NCBI GenBank assembly: GCA_040007435.1 | Contig: JBDTUZ010000023.1 | Span: 57,736-89,735 of the forward strand | Source: Ginsengibacter sp. | Lineage (GTDB): Bacteria > Bacteroidota > Bacteroidia > Chitinophagales > Chitinophagaceae | Direction of reading: 5' to 3' | DNA length: 32,000 nucleotides | In this document: piece after piece, positions 1 to 8,511 of the stretch | Position numbering within the stretch: position 1 is the first letter of the stretch | Layout of the letters: the number at the start of each line of letters is the position of its first letter | Position numbers and translations under genes: made by a program | The notes under the pieces: model-generated | What the model was told of the DNA's origin: nothing | Database searches by the model: none | What the model saw: only the letters and a program-made list of their open reading frames with translations

Positions 1-291
1 TATCCTAATCTCTATGCAGATATTGCAGCACGGTATGGTGAGATAGCACCTATACCCCGATTTGCTCATGCATTCATAGAAAAATATAGTGATCGAATAG
101 TTTATGGAACTGACATGGGACCTACAAAAGACATGTACGAAACGACCTTCAGAATATTGGAATCAGCAGACGAACACTTTTATGAATTTGACCGGTTTGG
201 TTATCACTGGCCATTATATGGATTGGCTCTCACGGATGGCACGCTTAGAAAAATATATAATGGCAATAGCAGAAAAATATTGATGAAATAG
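1..291 (+). CDS. Amidohydrolase-family (TIM-barrel metal-dependent hydrolase) protein, C-terminal part; 5' end lies outside the window
   Basis: Frame 1 is open from base 1 to TAG at 289-291. The translation ...DRIVYGTDMGPTKDMYETTFRILESADEHFYEF...LALTDGTLRKIYNGNSRKILMK resembles the C-terminus of Amidohydro_2-type proteins. Confidence 0.6.
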   Translation, partial: YPNLYADIAARYGEIAPIPRFAHAFIEKYSDRIVYGTDMGPTKDMYETTFRILESADEHFYEFDRFGYHWPLYGLALTDGTLRKIYNGNSRKILMK

Positions 292-425
292 ATTTTGGAG
301 GTGGAAGAAAGTCGCTTCAATGCATTTGATAAAGTCTCGTTTGAATCTATAATTTCTACTCAACGATTTGCGGATTGCTTTAGAAAAAAGGATTCATTTC
401 ACAGTTTATTTACCATCACATACAA

Positions 426-902
426 ATGCTGACAATTGAAACCTTTGATCAAGCAGATCTTCAAAAGATAAAGACTATTCCCAGGTCAATTAAAGTGACG
501 TTACTAATATTTTTACTGCTTTGCGTTCCGTTTTCGTTTCTTTTTGGTCTCTTAGGATTAACCAAAAAAGGACATGGTTACTGGGTGACAACAATCAGTC
601 TATTGGCAGTTTTTACGCTTTTACTAATGTTTGTTATTATTAAAGATTATTTTCTTTACTATCGGGACAAAACAACGCGACAGAAATATAAAGGTGAAAT
701 AACAATTATTGGAAAATCAAAAGGGAAGGGCGAAAAAATAGTTTTTACAGACTTACCTGAATTAAAAAAATTCATTTTATATACAAAGGAAATCTTTGAC
801 AGTATTCATGTTGGCGATAAGTTAGATATTGAAATATCGAAGTTTTCAAAGACAATACTAAAACTTGACAAGGACAAGATCAATTTACTAAACGAGAACT
901 AA
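426..902 (+). CDS. Hypothetical membrane protein with two predicted TM helices and a ~85-aa soluble C-terminal domain
   Basis: 158-aa ORF with an ATG start. Two hydrophobic segments (VTLLIFLLLCVPFSFLFGLLGL and WVTTISLLAVFTLLLMFVII) are followed by a Lys-rich beta-type tail. I recognise no family. Confidence 0.5.
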   Translation: MLTIETFDQADLQKIKTIPRSIKVTLLIFLLLCVPFSFLFGLLGLTKKGHGYWVTTISLLAVFTLLLMFVIIKDYFLYYRDKTTRQKYKGEITIIGKSKGKGEKIVFTDLPELKKFILYTKEIFDSIHVGDKLDIEISKFSKTILKLDKDKINLLNEN

Positions 903-927
903 CGGTCGTTTTATACAGCACGCCAGA

Positions 928-2112
928 TCAATTTCCCAATTGTTTAATTGCGATATATGCCATCAAACCTACGCTCGTAATTAAGGCATCTTCATCCACA
1001 CTAAATGTGGAAGTATGAAGAGAAGATATAATTCCTTTTTCTTCGTTCCTGATTCCCAAAAGATAAAAACAGGAATCTATTGCTTGCGAATAATAAGCAA
1101 AATCTTCGGCGGCCATCCAAATATCTATATCCTGCACATTTTCTTTCCCAAGATATTCCCTTACAAAAGTTGAAACTTGCTGCGTAAGTTTTTCTTCATT
1201 AATCAAAAAAGGATATCCTTTATTTATTGTAAACTCACAACTTCCTCCCATACTTTCTGCAATACCTTCCGCCATTTTTTTCATACGGGTGTGTGCTTCT
1301 TTACGCCAGTCTTCATCGAGAGTTCTGAATGTTCCCTCGAGATGTACTTCATCTGGGATTACATTCATAGCCCCATTTGCAATTACTTTTCCAAACGATA
1401 AAACAGAGGGAATTGTTGGGTTGGCAATCCGGCTTACCACCTGTTGTAAAGCCACAAGTATCTGGGCGGTAATCATTACCGGGTCTATGTTTTGATGAGG
1501 TTGTGCCGCATGCCCACCCTTCCCATAAACGGTTACAAATATCTCATCCGTTGATGCCATGAATTTTCCTTTCCGTATGCCAATCTTGCCCGCTCCAATT
1601 GCGGGCGAAACATGTTGCCCTATCACTACTTCCGGCACCGGGTCTTTTAATACGCCTTCTTTAATCATAAGATTAGCACCTCCCGGAAGGCGCTCTTCAG
1701 CAGGCTGAAAAATCAATTTTACAGTTCCACCAAACTGAGATTTTATTGATTGAAGAATAGCAGTGACTCCAAGCAGTGATGAAGTATGAACATCATGCCC
1801 ACAAGCATGCATTACACCTTCATTTTTTGATTTGTAATCCACTTCATTCGTTTCAGTAATAGGAAGTGCATCCATATCTGCCCGCAGGGCAATCACCCTC
1901 TCTGATGGCTGGTCTCCTTTGATCAAAGCAACAACGCCATTTACTGCCATTGCTTGCCATTTAATTCTCATTTCATCAAGCCGTGCTTTTATGAAAGCCG
2001 ATGTTTCATATTCATGAAAAGATAATTCAGGATGTGCATGAAGATGCCTGCGGTTATTAAGAACGGTATCAATTATTTTTTTGGCCTGTTGTTTTATTTC
2101 ATCTATTAGCAT
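928..2112 (-). CDS. M20-family amidohydrolase (N-acyl-L-amino-acid amidohydrolase / hippurate hydrolase type, M20D)
   Basis: 394 aa with an ATG start. It has the N-terminal RRHLHAHPELSFHEYETS signature plus ALRADMDALP, MHACGHDVH and GGHAAQPH metal-binding-type motifs typical of M20D. Confidence 0.9.
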   Translation of the reverse strand: MLIDEIKQQAKKIIDTVLNNRRHLHAHPELSFHEYETSAFIKARLDEMRIKWQAMAVNGVVALIKGDQPSERVIALRADMDALPITETNEVDYKSKNEGVMHACGHDVHTSSLLGVTAILQSIKSQFGGTVKLIFQPAEERLPGGANLMIKEGVLKDPVPEVVIGQHVSPAIGAGKIGIRKGKFMASTDEIFVTVYGKGGHAAQPHQNIDPVMITAQILVALQQVVSRIANPTIPSVLSFGKVIANGAMNVIPDEVHLEGTFRTLDEDWRKEAHTRMKKMAEGIAESMGGSCEFTINKGYPFLINEEKLTQQVSTFVREYLGKENVQDIDIWMAAEDFAYYSQAIDSCFYLLGIRNEEKGIISSLHTSTFSVDEDALITSVGLMAYIAIKQLGN

Positions 2113-2139
2113 AATTCAAATGTCAATTTAAGCTTTTAT

Positions 2140-2333
2140 AAGAAGTTGCCACGGCTTTTAGGCCGTGGTTTAGGAGTTAATGTATATTGGCTTTAGCCAA
2201 ACAACTTCTTTTATGCCACATTCGCTTTTATTGTTACTTGTAAAAAAAATAATATCATTTAAACAAAAACACTGAAATGTTTTTTGGCTAAAGCCGACCG
2301 CCTGTTTATTAATCCACGACCTAAAGGTCATAG
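2140..2333. repeat. MITE-like or REP-like intergenic element built of small stem-TTTA/TAAA-stem hairpins arranged as imperfect inverted modules
   Basis: Module A (2149-2168, ccacggcttttaggccgtgg) matches A' (2314-2333) at 15/20 when reverse-complemented. Module B (2187-2200, ttggctttagccaa) matches B' (2284-2297) at 13/14 when reverse-complemented. A 9-bp outer stem (2140-2148 aagaagttg with 2202-2210 caacttctt) encloses A and B. Confidence 0.45.
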
Positions 2334-2349
2334 CAATTATTTGCATAAT

Positions 2350-3438
2350 TTATAAAACCGAAGTTGTGTACTTTTTTCTATCCTTTTCAAGAAAATCCTT
2401 TACCAAATCATCGTCAGTATTAAGTGGATACATTTCATAAATGCGATCAATTTCTTCCAACTGGCCACTCGAAAGTTTTTCATTTGGATTCAGGCACGAT
2501 GTGCCTTCTAACAAACCTTGTCTTCTCAACACTTCGTGGATGCCGGGGATACAACCATGAAAAGAATTCGCAGCATCAAAAATAACAGCATTCATATCGG
2601 TTATCTCAATTCCTTTTGATAATAGCTTTTCAGCTCCTTTGTAATTGTTGGAAATGCATTGTTGAATCTCGTTGAAAAGCCCGACGGCCTTATTTGTCCA
2701 TACAGCCCAATGGCCAAGCAAACCTCCAACAAATCTTTTTTCAATAACTTTTCCATTTATTGTGAAGCGATAAGGCGTTAGCAAATCGGCAACTATATTA
2801 TCATCATTACCGGTGTACAATGCAATGTCATCGTTTCTCCCGGAATTGCAAACTGCTCTAACAACATCCAATGTTTGATACCTGTTGAACGCGGCAATCT
2901 TGATAGCATGCACATTTGGAATTTCCGCAAAAGCCCGCCAGAAATCATAACTTAATAAACGGCCACCCACGGCAGGTTGAAGATAGAAACCGAAGACCGG
3001 GATAATTTCAGACACCGCACGAACATGCTCAACAAGTTCAGCATCTGTATAATTGTTAAGGCCACCTAAACTTACAAGACCAAGATGATAACCATATTTC
3101 ACAGCCAGTTTTGCCTCCTCAATCGCATTAGTTTTAGCTCCAATAATCCCTGCAATTTTTATGAATGGCCGATCTAAATTTGCACGTTCTATTTCTTCAG
3201 CCGCTAAACGTAAAACAGTGCCCAAAAGATTCACTTCCGGTTTCCTGATTTCAAACTGCGTTGTATGAACACCAACAGCCACGCCTCCTGCACCTGCACC
3301 CATGTAATAACGGGTAAGCCGTCTTTGCCGCTCTTCATCTAATTTGCGATTTCCACCTAACGCCAACGGGTGGGCGGGGATGACAGTGCCTTTATGTAGT
3401 AAATTTTTAATTGCTGGATTTAATAGCGTCTTATCCAT
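2350..3438 (-). CDS. Dihydrodipicolinate synthase-family (class I aldolase-like TIM barrel) protein of unknown specificity
   Basis: The ORF-track start at 3453 is TTG, so I prefer the ATG at 3438 (MDKTLLNP...). The segments VIPAHPLAL..RKLDEERQRRLTRYYMGAGAGGVAVGVHTTQFEIR and HAIKIAAFN (candidate Schiff-base Lys) resemble the long (~360 aa) DapA-like family. Confidence 0.7.
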   Translation of the reverse strand: MDKTLLNPAIKNLLHKGTVIPAHPLALGGNRKLDEERQRRLTRYYMGAGAGGVAVGVHTTQFEIRKPEVNLLGTVLRLAAEEIERANLDRPFIKIAGIIGAKTNAIEEAKLAVKYGYHLGLVSLGGLNNYTDAELVEHVRAVSEIIPVFGFYLQPAVGGRLLSYDFWRAFAEIPNVHAIKIAAFNRYQTLDVVRAVCNSGRNDDIALYTGNDDNIVADLLTPYRFTINGKVIEKRFVGGLLGHWAVWTNKAVGLFNEIQQCISNNYKGAEKLLSKGIEITDMNAVIFDAANSFHGCIPGIHEVLRRQGLLEGTSCLNPNEKLSSGQLEEIDRIYEMYPLNTDDDLVKDFLEKDRKKYTTSVL

Positions 3439-3480
3439 GATGAAAATTAACAATGATCATTGACAATTCGGCTTAAGAAC

Positions 3481-3536
3481 TTTTTTCTTTTTTTCTTTTT
3501 CTTTTGCCTTGATGCAAAAGAAACAAAAAATCAAGG
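3481..3536. other. Pyrimidine tract followed by a 7-bp hairpin (ccttgat-N16-atcaagg) in the 260-nt gap between the epimerase and DapA-like genes
   Basis: Positions 3481-3506 are a T/C-only run ending in one G (ttttttctttttttctttttcttttg). Positions 3507-3513 are the exact reverse complement of 3530-3536. Confidence 0.3.
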
Positions 3537-3713
3537 ATAACCCAATCGCTATGCGTGTTTGTCCGGCTCTCGCCACCAAACTTTCCGCTGAATAGCAAGA
3601 TTTTAAATTTGACAGGATAAAAACTGGTGAATACTTATTGGTAATAATTTTTGCAAATTATCTATTTGCTTTTCTTATAGCAGATCCAAATTGCAATTAG
3701 TATTTTAGTTAAT

Positions 3714-4730
3714 TCAAAACTGTCCGCTTCGTTCCTGGAAATGGGTTGGTTTATTAATTGTTTTGCCACCTTCATTTAGCCATGCAACAATTATTTCAAT
3801 CATTTTTTGCAAAGAAACTTTTGGATGCCCGAATAAGCGGCAGTATTCCGAGGCGTTACTTAACAACGCTGTGTCCTCTTCGCTGTTTATAAATTCGGGC
3901 GTTTGACCCAGCAACTTTCCAAACTCGTTTGCCAGCCAACGCACCGAAACACATTCAGCACCGGTGACATTCAGGATCTTTGGCGGAATAGCACAATGAT
4001 GCAAAGCCCGCAATGCAATTTCATTTGCATCACCTTGCCATATTACATTTACACACCCCATGCGAAGGTCTATTGGTTTTTTTTCTCTTACAGACTTTGC
4101 TATTTCCAGCAATACACCATACGTTACATCATTCGCATAATTGAGGCGGTAAATAAGAATCGGCGTATTATTTTTTTCGGAATAATATTGAAATAAACGT
4201 TCTCTTCCAAGGCATGACTGCGCATATTCGCCAATAGGTTGCGGGGTTCTTGTCTCATCTGCTCCACCTGATGAAACTGTTGTTAAGGGATAAACATTCC
4301 CCGTGGAAAAAACAACGATCCGCGAATTTTTATATTTCTGCGCAACACGGCCCGGGAGGTAAGCATTCATAGCCCATGTAAATGGTTCATTTCCTGTAGT
4401 GCCAAATTTAGTTCCTGCGAGATATAAAATATTATCCGCTTCCGGCAATGCATTCAGTTGGTCATCCTGCAAAAGATCTGCTTCATGAGTTTCAATTCCA
4501 AAACTATTTAGTTCATCCTTTAAACCTTTTTCAGAAAAACGGGAAACAGCGATGACGCGCTTTTTTACACCTGCAAGTTCTGTTGCTTGCTTCGCAAGTC
4601 TAGCAAGTGCCGGGCCCATTTTACCTCCCGCTCCTAAAATGATGATATCTCCTTTTAGCAAAGCAATATCAGCAACTAATGCGGGTGATGGCTGTAAGAG
4701 TTGGTCGTAGATTTCTTCGGTGTTGTTCAT
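3714..4730 (-). CDS. NAD(P)-dependent epimerase/dehydratase-family oxidoreductase
   Basis: 338 aa. It has a Rossmann motif ILGAGGKMGPALARLAK, and the overall layout is that of an extended SDR. Its ATG at 4730 abuts the stop of the upstream DUF1016 fragment (4732). Confidence 0.85.
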   Translation of the reverse strand: MNNTEEIYDQLLQPSPALVADIALLKGDIIILGAGGKMGPALARLAKQATELAGVKKRVIAVSRFSEKGLKDELNSFGIETHEADLLQDDQLNALPEADNILYLAGTKFGTTGNEPFTWAMNAYLPGRVAQKYKNSRIVVFSTGNVYPLTTVSSGGADETRTPQPIGEYAQSCLGRERLFQYYSEKNNTPILIYRLNYANDVTYGVLLEIAKSVREKKPIDLRMGCVNVIWQGDANEIALRALHHCAIPPKILNVTGAECVSVRWLANEFGKLLGQTPEFINSEEDTALLSNASEYCRLFGHPKVSLQKMIEIIVAWLNEGGKTINKPTHFQERSGQF

Positions 4731-4731
4731 G

Positions 4732-5175
4732 TCAGTTTTCTTCTTTAGATAATTGTTCCACCAACTGATGTGGTTTATTTGCCAGGATATTTTTTGGTAT
4801 CGTTTTAAGCATTTGTGTCGGCACTGCCGACACTTTTACCTTTTCCTTATTTCCAGCAAAATAGACCTCTAATTGTGTCGCTATTGTCGACACAAATTCA
4901 GCGGATGAATATACCTCATAAAATTGTTTCATCCGGTACAATCCCCTGCGGGTAAAGCCACTAAAGCCCGTGAATTTATTCTGAACGAAGGTTGCTAATT
5001 CACCAACTGTATTTTCACCCCACACTCCTTCTGCTACCTTAGCAGAAACAATATTTCCAACGTTAAAATATAAAAGCACCAATTCTTCATTTACCTTCTG
5101 AAAAGCCCTGTTCCGGGATTCTTCAATGAGGATTGCAATTTCTTCGAATTCGTTGTTGGTTTTAATTTTTCCCAT
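4732..5175 (-). CDS. DUF1016 (YhcG-like) N-terminal domain protein, truncated; the PD-(D/E)XK nuclease domain is missing
   Basis: ATG at 5175 (MGKIKTNNEF...); the track start at 5211 is TTG. NEELVLLYFNVGNIVS...WGENTVGELATFVQNKFTGFSGFTRRGLYRMKQFYEVY matches the YhcG N-terminal region. The ORF ends after ~147 aa, whereas full-length family members are roughly 340-380 aa. Confidence 0.6.
   Translation of the reverse strand: MGKIKTNNEFEEIAILIEESRNRAFQKVNEELVLLYFNVGNIVSAKVAEGVWGENTVGELATFVQNKFTGFSGFTRRGLYRMKQFYEVYSSAEFVSTIATQLEVYFAGNKEKVKVSAVPTQMLKTIPKNILANKPHQLVEQLSKEEN
4815..4895. repeat. Two related palindromes sharing GTGTCG...CGACAC arms inside the 3' part of the truncated DUF1016 ORF
   Basis: Positions 4815-4833 read gtgtcggca-c-tgccgacac (9-bp arms). 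Positions 4873-4895 read ttgtgtcg-ctattgt-cgacacaa (8-bp arms). They lie about 58 nt apart. Confidence 0.5.
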
Positions 5176-5328
5176 TATTGAAAATAAAAGTTCCCGGCAA
5201 AAGAAGTTCAATGTATCTTAAATATAGCAAGGTTTTACTGGTTCTATTTACAAAAAAACTAAATGAATTTACTTTTAAAATACCGGGGGAAATGATGCGG
5301 GATAACAAAAAAATATGGTCAGACATCC

Positions 5329-6861
5329 TTACTTTTTTTTCTCAATAAAGTTTTTCTCAAGGTTTGTGTCACCCTTTCCAATATACACCGCCACCTTAGG
5401 ATAGGGGTAAACCGGCCGCGTCATTACAACTTTATCTTTTTCCATTTTTGACACCACCAATCGCTCTGGTGCTTTATCATTTTCTACCCAATCACGTATC
5501 AACCCAAGCCAATTAACCTGATCAGGTCCGGGACCATCCCCGCAGTGTAAAACACCCGGCAACAAGAAAAGGCGAATAGCGGATTGAATGTTCTTGTCTT
5601 TTTGTTCTGCTTCTTCATAATGTTTGATCGTTTCAAAAGCAGAAAGCGCCGGATCATTCCATCCATGATACATAATCATTTTTCTTTTTAATTTTTTGAA
5701 TTCAGTGTAGTCCGTTTGTGTAGCATCGAGGTAGGCCGAAGCATAACGTGTTTCATCAAAAAAATTGGAGAAATCATATTTAGTGTAGTCCCATTCCGGG
5801 TTATTAAAAACCAGGTATTTAAACATATTAGTGCCAAACATGTAGTGTAAGCTTGGACCATGGAGATTGGGATCTGTTCCGGCAATCCAGTCGTTCCAAC
5901 TGCCTTCTTCATTTTCTGCACCGTAAGGAAAACCGGGATAAATAGTGTCTTGTTTATTAGTGAGTGTCGCATAGACTGTTTTAATTGCATCTAATTGCTG
6001 CGAAGTAAAACAACCGGCACCGGCATGATCACCGGGACAAAGAGGCAGCGCCGAAAAATCAAATTTACAATCTCTTGGATCATTAATGATATGATCGGTG
6101 ACCCCATCAAGAGCATCACATTGTTTCAGTATCAATTCCTGCAGTAAGCGTAAATTATCCACTGTAATTACACGTTTACCCGGGTCTTTGGGATCCGGAT
6201 AATTTTTCTGGGTGTTCTGTATAAATTTCGCGCCAATGGCAGGCCAACTGAAAGCCGGTGCACCTGCAACGATTCCATCAAAATCTTCCGGATACTGCTG
6301 TGCCTCTACCATTGCCTGGCCGCCGCCTCTTGAGCAGCCCATAAAATAAGAATAGGCAGGGTCGGCGCAGTAATACGTATGGATAACAAATTTGGAGACA
6401 GCCGCAGTAAGGTGAATCGCCAACTTGCCGAAATCAAGTTGTCGTTCCATATTGTTGAGAGCCCAATCTGCTTCTATTCCCGAACCTTTGTGTCCCGCGT
6501 CAGTGCCAACAGTAGCATAGCCGGAACTCACTGTCGAACGGAAATTATTTTGAATGCTTCCAACGAAACCTCCACCACCTGACATCAGAAATCTTTCATT
6601 CCACTGCGATGGTAAAAGCAATTCAAAATTGATTTCCTTACTTATTTTTCCTAGCACCCGGCAGAATGGAACGGTAATTACCTGGCCTTCGATAGTGTCA
6701 TTTTGAAATGATTTCGCTTCCAGGATTGTTACATCTGGCAGGCGTAAATCTTTAAGCTGTTCGCAAGGGATGCATGGCTTGGAATCGCTTTTGATTTGTG
6801 CCAATAAAACCAACGGGATGAAGCTCACGACCAAAGCAAAAAACAGGATCAGTTTTTTCAT
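5329..6861 (-). CDS. Tannase/feruloyl esterase-family alpha/beta hydrolase, secreted
   Basis: 510 aa. It has an N-terminal signal peptide (MKKLILFFALVVSFIPLVLLAQ) and the GCSRGG nucleophile motif (FMGCSRGGGQAMVEAQQYPEDFDGIVAGAPA) typical of the tannase/feruloyl esterase family. Confidence 0.85.
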   Translation of the reverse strand: MKKLILFFALVVSFIPLVLLAQIKSDSKPCIPCEQLKDLRLPDVTILEAKSFQNDTIEGQVITVPFCRVLGKISKEINFELLLPSQWNERFLMSGGGGFVGSIQNNFRSTVSSGYATVGTDAGHKGSGIEADWALNNMERQLDFGKLAIHLTAAVSKFVIHTYYCADPAYSYFMGCSRGGGQAMVEAQQYPEDFDGIVAGAPAFSWPAIGAKFIQNTQKNYPDPKDPGKRVITVDNLRLLQELILKQCDALDGVTDHIINDPRDCKFDFSALPLCPGDHAGAGCFTSQQLDAIKTVYATLTNKQDTIYPGFPYGAENEEGSWNDWIAGTDPNLHGPSLHYMFGTNMFKYLVFNNPEWDYTKYDFSNFFDETRYASAYLDATQTDYTEFKKLKRKMIMYHGWNDPALSAFETIKHYEEAEQKDKNIQSAIRLFLLPGVLHCGDGPGPDQVNWLGLIRDWVENDKAPERLVVSKMEKDKVVMTRPVYPYPKVAVYIGKGDTNLEKNFIEKKK

Positions 6862-7189
6862 TTTGTAATGTTTTAATTCAACTTACCAGGTAAAATTGTG
6901 TACTAAAATTTGAAATCAGGAGGGCGGAGTAGTAAATATCTCACATTTCCTTCGACAAAAAAAGGCGAGGTATTATCAACACAAAAATAAAAGTTCTGCG
7001 AACAGTATTACGAAATAAAACGAATAAAGAAAAAGTAGTAAGCGAGTATTAAAAATTCATGCTCGCAGGTTTCATAAAAATTTTGTTGATGAAATCTTCT
7101 TTCAATGGTATGAATTCTAAACTTTCAATGCTTTTTAAGATCCACAAAGTGTAGCCACATAATAATGTTGTAGCTTCCATTTTTAGAAT

Positions 7190-8416
7190 ATGGAACCATT
7201 AAAGTTTGATGTGGTGATTGTGGGAGCAGGCCCTGCCGGTTGTACGGCGGCATTCATGCTTTCTGGAAAAGGCTTGAAGATAGCGCTGCTAGATAAAGAT
7301 ATATTTCCTCGGGATAAAATTTGCGGAGATGCCTTTGGCGCTGATGTGACTAAACAATTTCATTTAATTAATGAGGGGCTCACCAAAAAATTACAGCAAT
7401 TCACAAAAAAGGTTCCTTCAAACGGTGTTCGCTTTTTTTCTCCCAACCACAAGTTAATGGATATTGATTTTACCGTTCCGAAAGATAAATTCGGAGGCGG
7501 TTTTGTAGCCAACCGTTTGGATTTTGATAACTTCTATTTCTCCGAAGTCAGTACATTATCCGACGTGGAAATTTTTCAAAATCAACAGGTAACGGAAGTA
7601 GTAAGTTCCCATGATAAAATTTTATTAAAGACTTACACTTCATCTTTTGAGGCTAAGATGGCGCTCGGTGCAGACGGGGCACACTCAGTACTCAACAGGA
7701 AGCTCACAGAAAATAAAGTAGAAAAAAAGCATTATTGTGCAGGGCTAAGACAATACTATGCAAACGTGAAAGGATTTCATCCTCAAAACCATATCGAGCT
7801 GCACTTTTACAAAGAATTGTTGCCAGGATATTTTTGGATATTTCCATTACCTGGCAATAACGCAAACGTAGGATTAGGGATGCTTTCAAGCGAGGTAAGT
7901 AGAAAAAAAATAAACCTGAAGGAAAGGCTAAACGAGCTGATTAAAAACCATCCTAACCTTAAAGAGCGTTTCAAAGATGCCACACCTTTAGAAAACATTC
8001 AAGGCTATGGGCTTCCGCTTGGTTCCGTAAAAAGGTCAATTTCAGGCAAACGCTTTTTGTTGTTAGGCGATGCTGCCGGCCTTATTGATCCTTTTACCGG
8101 GGAAGGAATTGCCAACGCAATTCGAAGTGGCCGGGTGGCTGCGAATCATGTGCTAAAAGCTTTTGAACAAAACAGGTTTGACGCGGACTTTAACCTGCAA
8201 TACGATAAAGAAATCTATTATAAAATGTGGACTGAATTCAGATTTGGACATTCGATGCAAAAGCTATTCCGTTATCCCCGCATCATTAATTTTGTAGTAA
8301 AAAAAGCGAATAAAAATAAGTCCGTACAATTGATGTTAAGCGCGATGCTAAACAACTTTGACATGAAAAAAGAACTGGTAAAGCCTTCATTTTATTTTAA
8401 ATTATTCTTTACCTAG
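7190..8416 (+). CDS. Geranylgeranyl reductase-family FAD-dependent oxidoreductase
   Basis: 408 aa. It has the FAD dinucleotide-binding motif FDVVIVGAGPAGCTAAFMLSGKGLKIALLDK, the KICGD motif, and LLGDAAGLIDPFTGEGIANA near the C-terminal half. Confidence 0.85.
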   Translation: MEPLKFDVVIVGAGPAGCTAAFMLSGKGLKIALLDKDIFPRDKICGDAFGADVTKQFHLINEGLTKKLQQFTKKVPSNGVRFFSPNHKLMDIDFTVPKDKFGGGFVANRLDFDNFYFSEVSTLSDVEIFQNQQVTEVVSSHDKILLKTYTSSFEAKMALGADGAHSVLNRKLTENKVEKKHYCAGLRQYYANVKGFHPQNHIELHFYKELLPGYFWIFPLPGNNANVGLGMLSSEVSRKKINLKERLNELIKNHPNLKERFKDATPLENIQGYGLPLGSVKRSISGKRFLLLGDAAGLIDPFTGEGIANAIRSGRVAANHVLKAFEQNRFDADFNLQYDKEIYYKMWTEFRFGHSMQKLFRYPRIINFVVKKANKNKSVQLMLSAMLNNFDMKKELVKPSFYFKLFFT

Positions 8417-8511
8417 AGAGGTGGCAACATCCGGATTTTTATTTATCTTTTTCATCAATCATAGAAAATCATTTAATTATTTTAATCGAGGGGTCCAGAT
8501 ATTTTGCCCCT

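Noticed and set aside
4732-5175. DUF1016/YhcG nuclease-family gene as part of a defence or restriction system
   Set aside because: Only the N-terminal non-catalytic domain remains. No nuclease domain, methyltransferase, helicase or other defence partner is adjacent.
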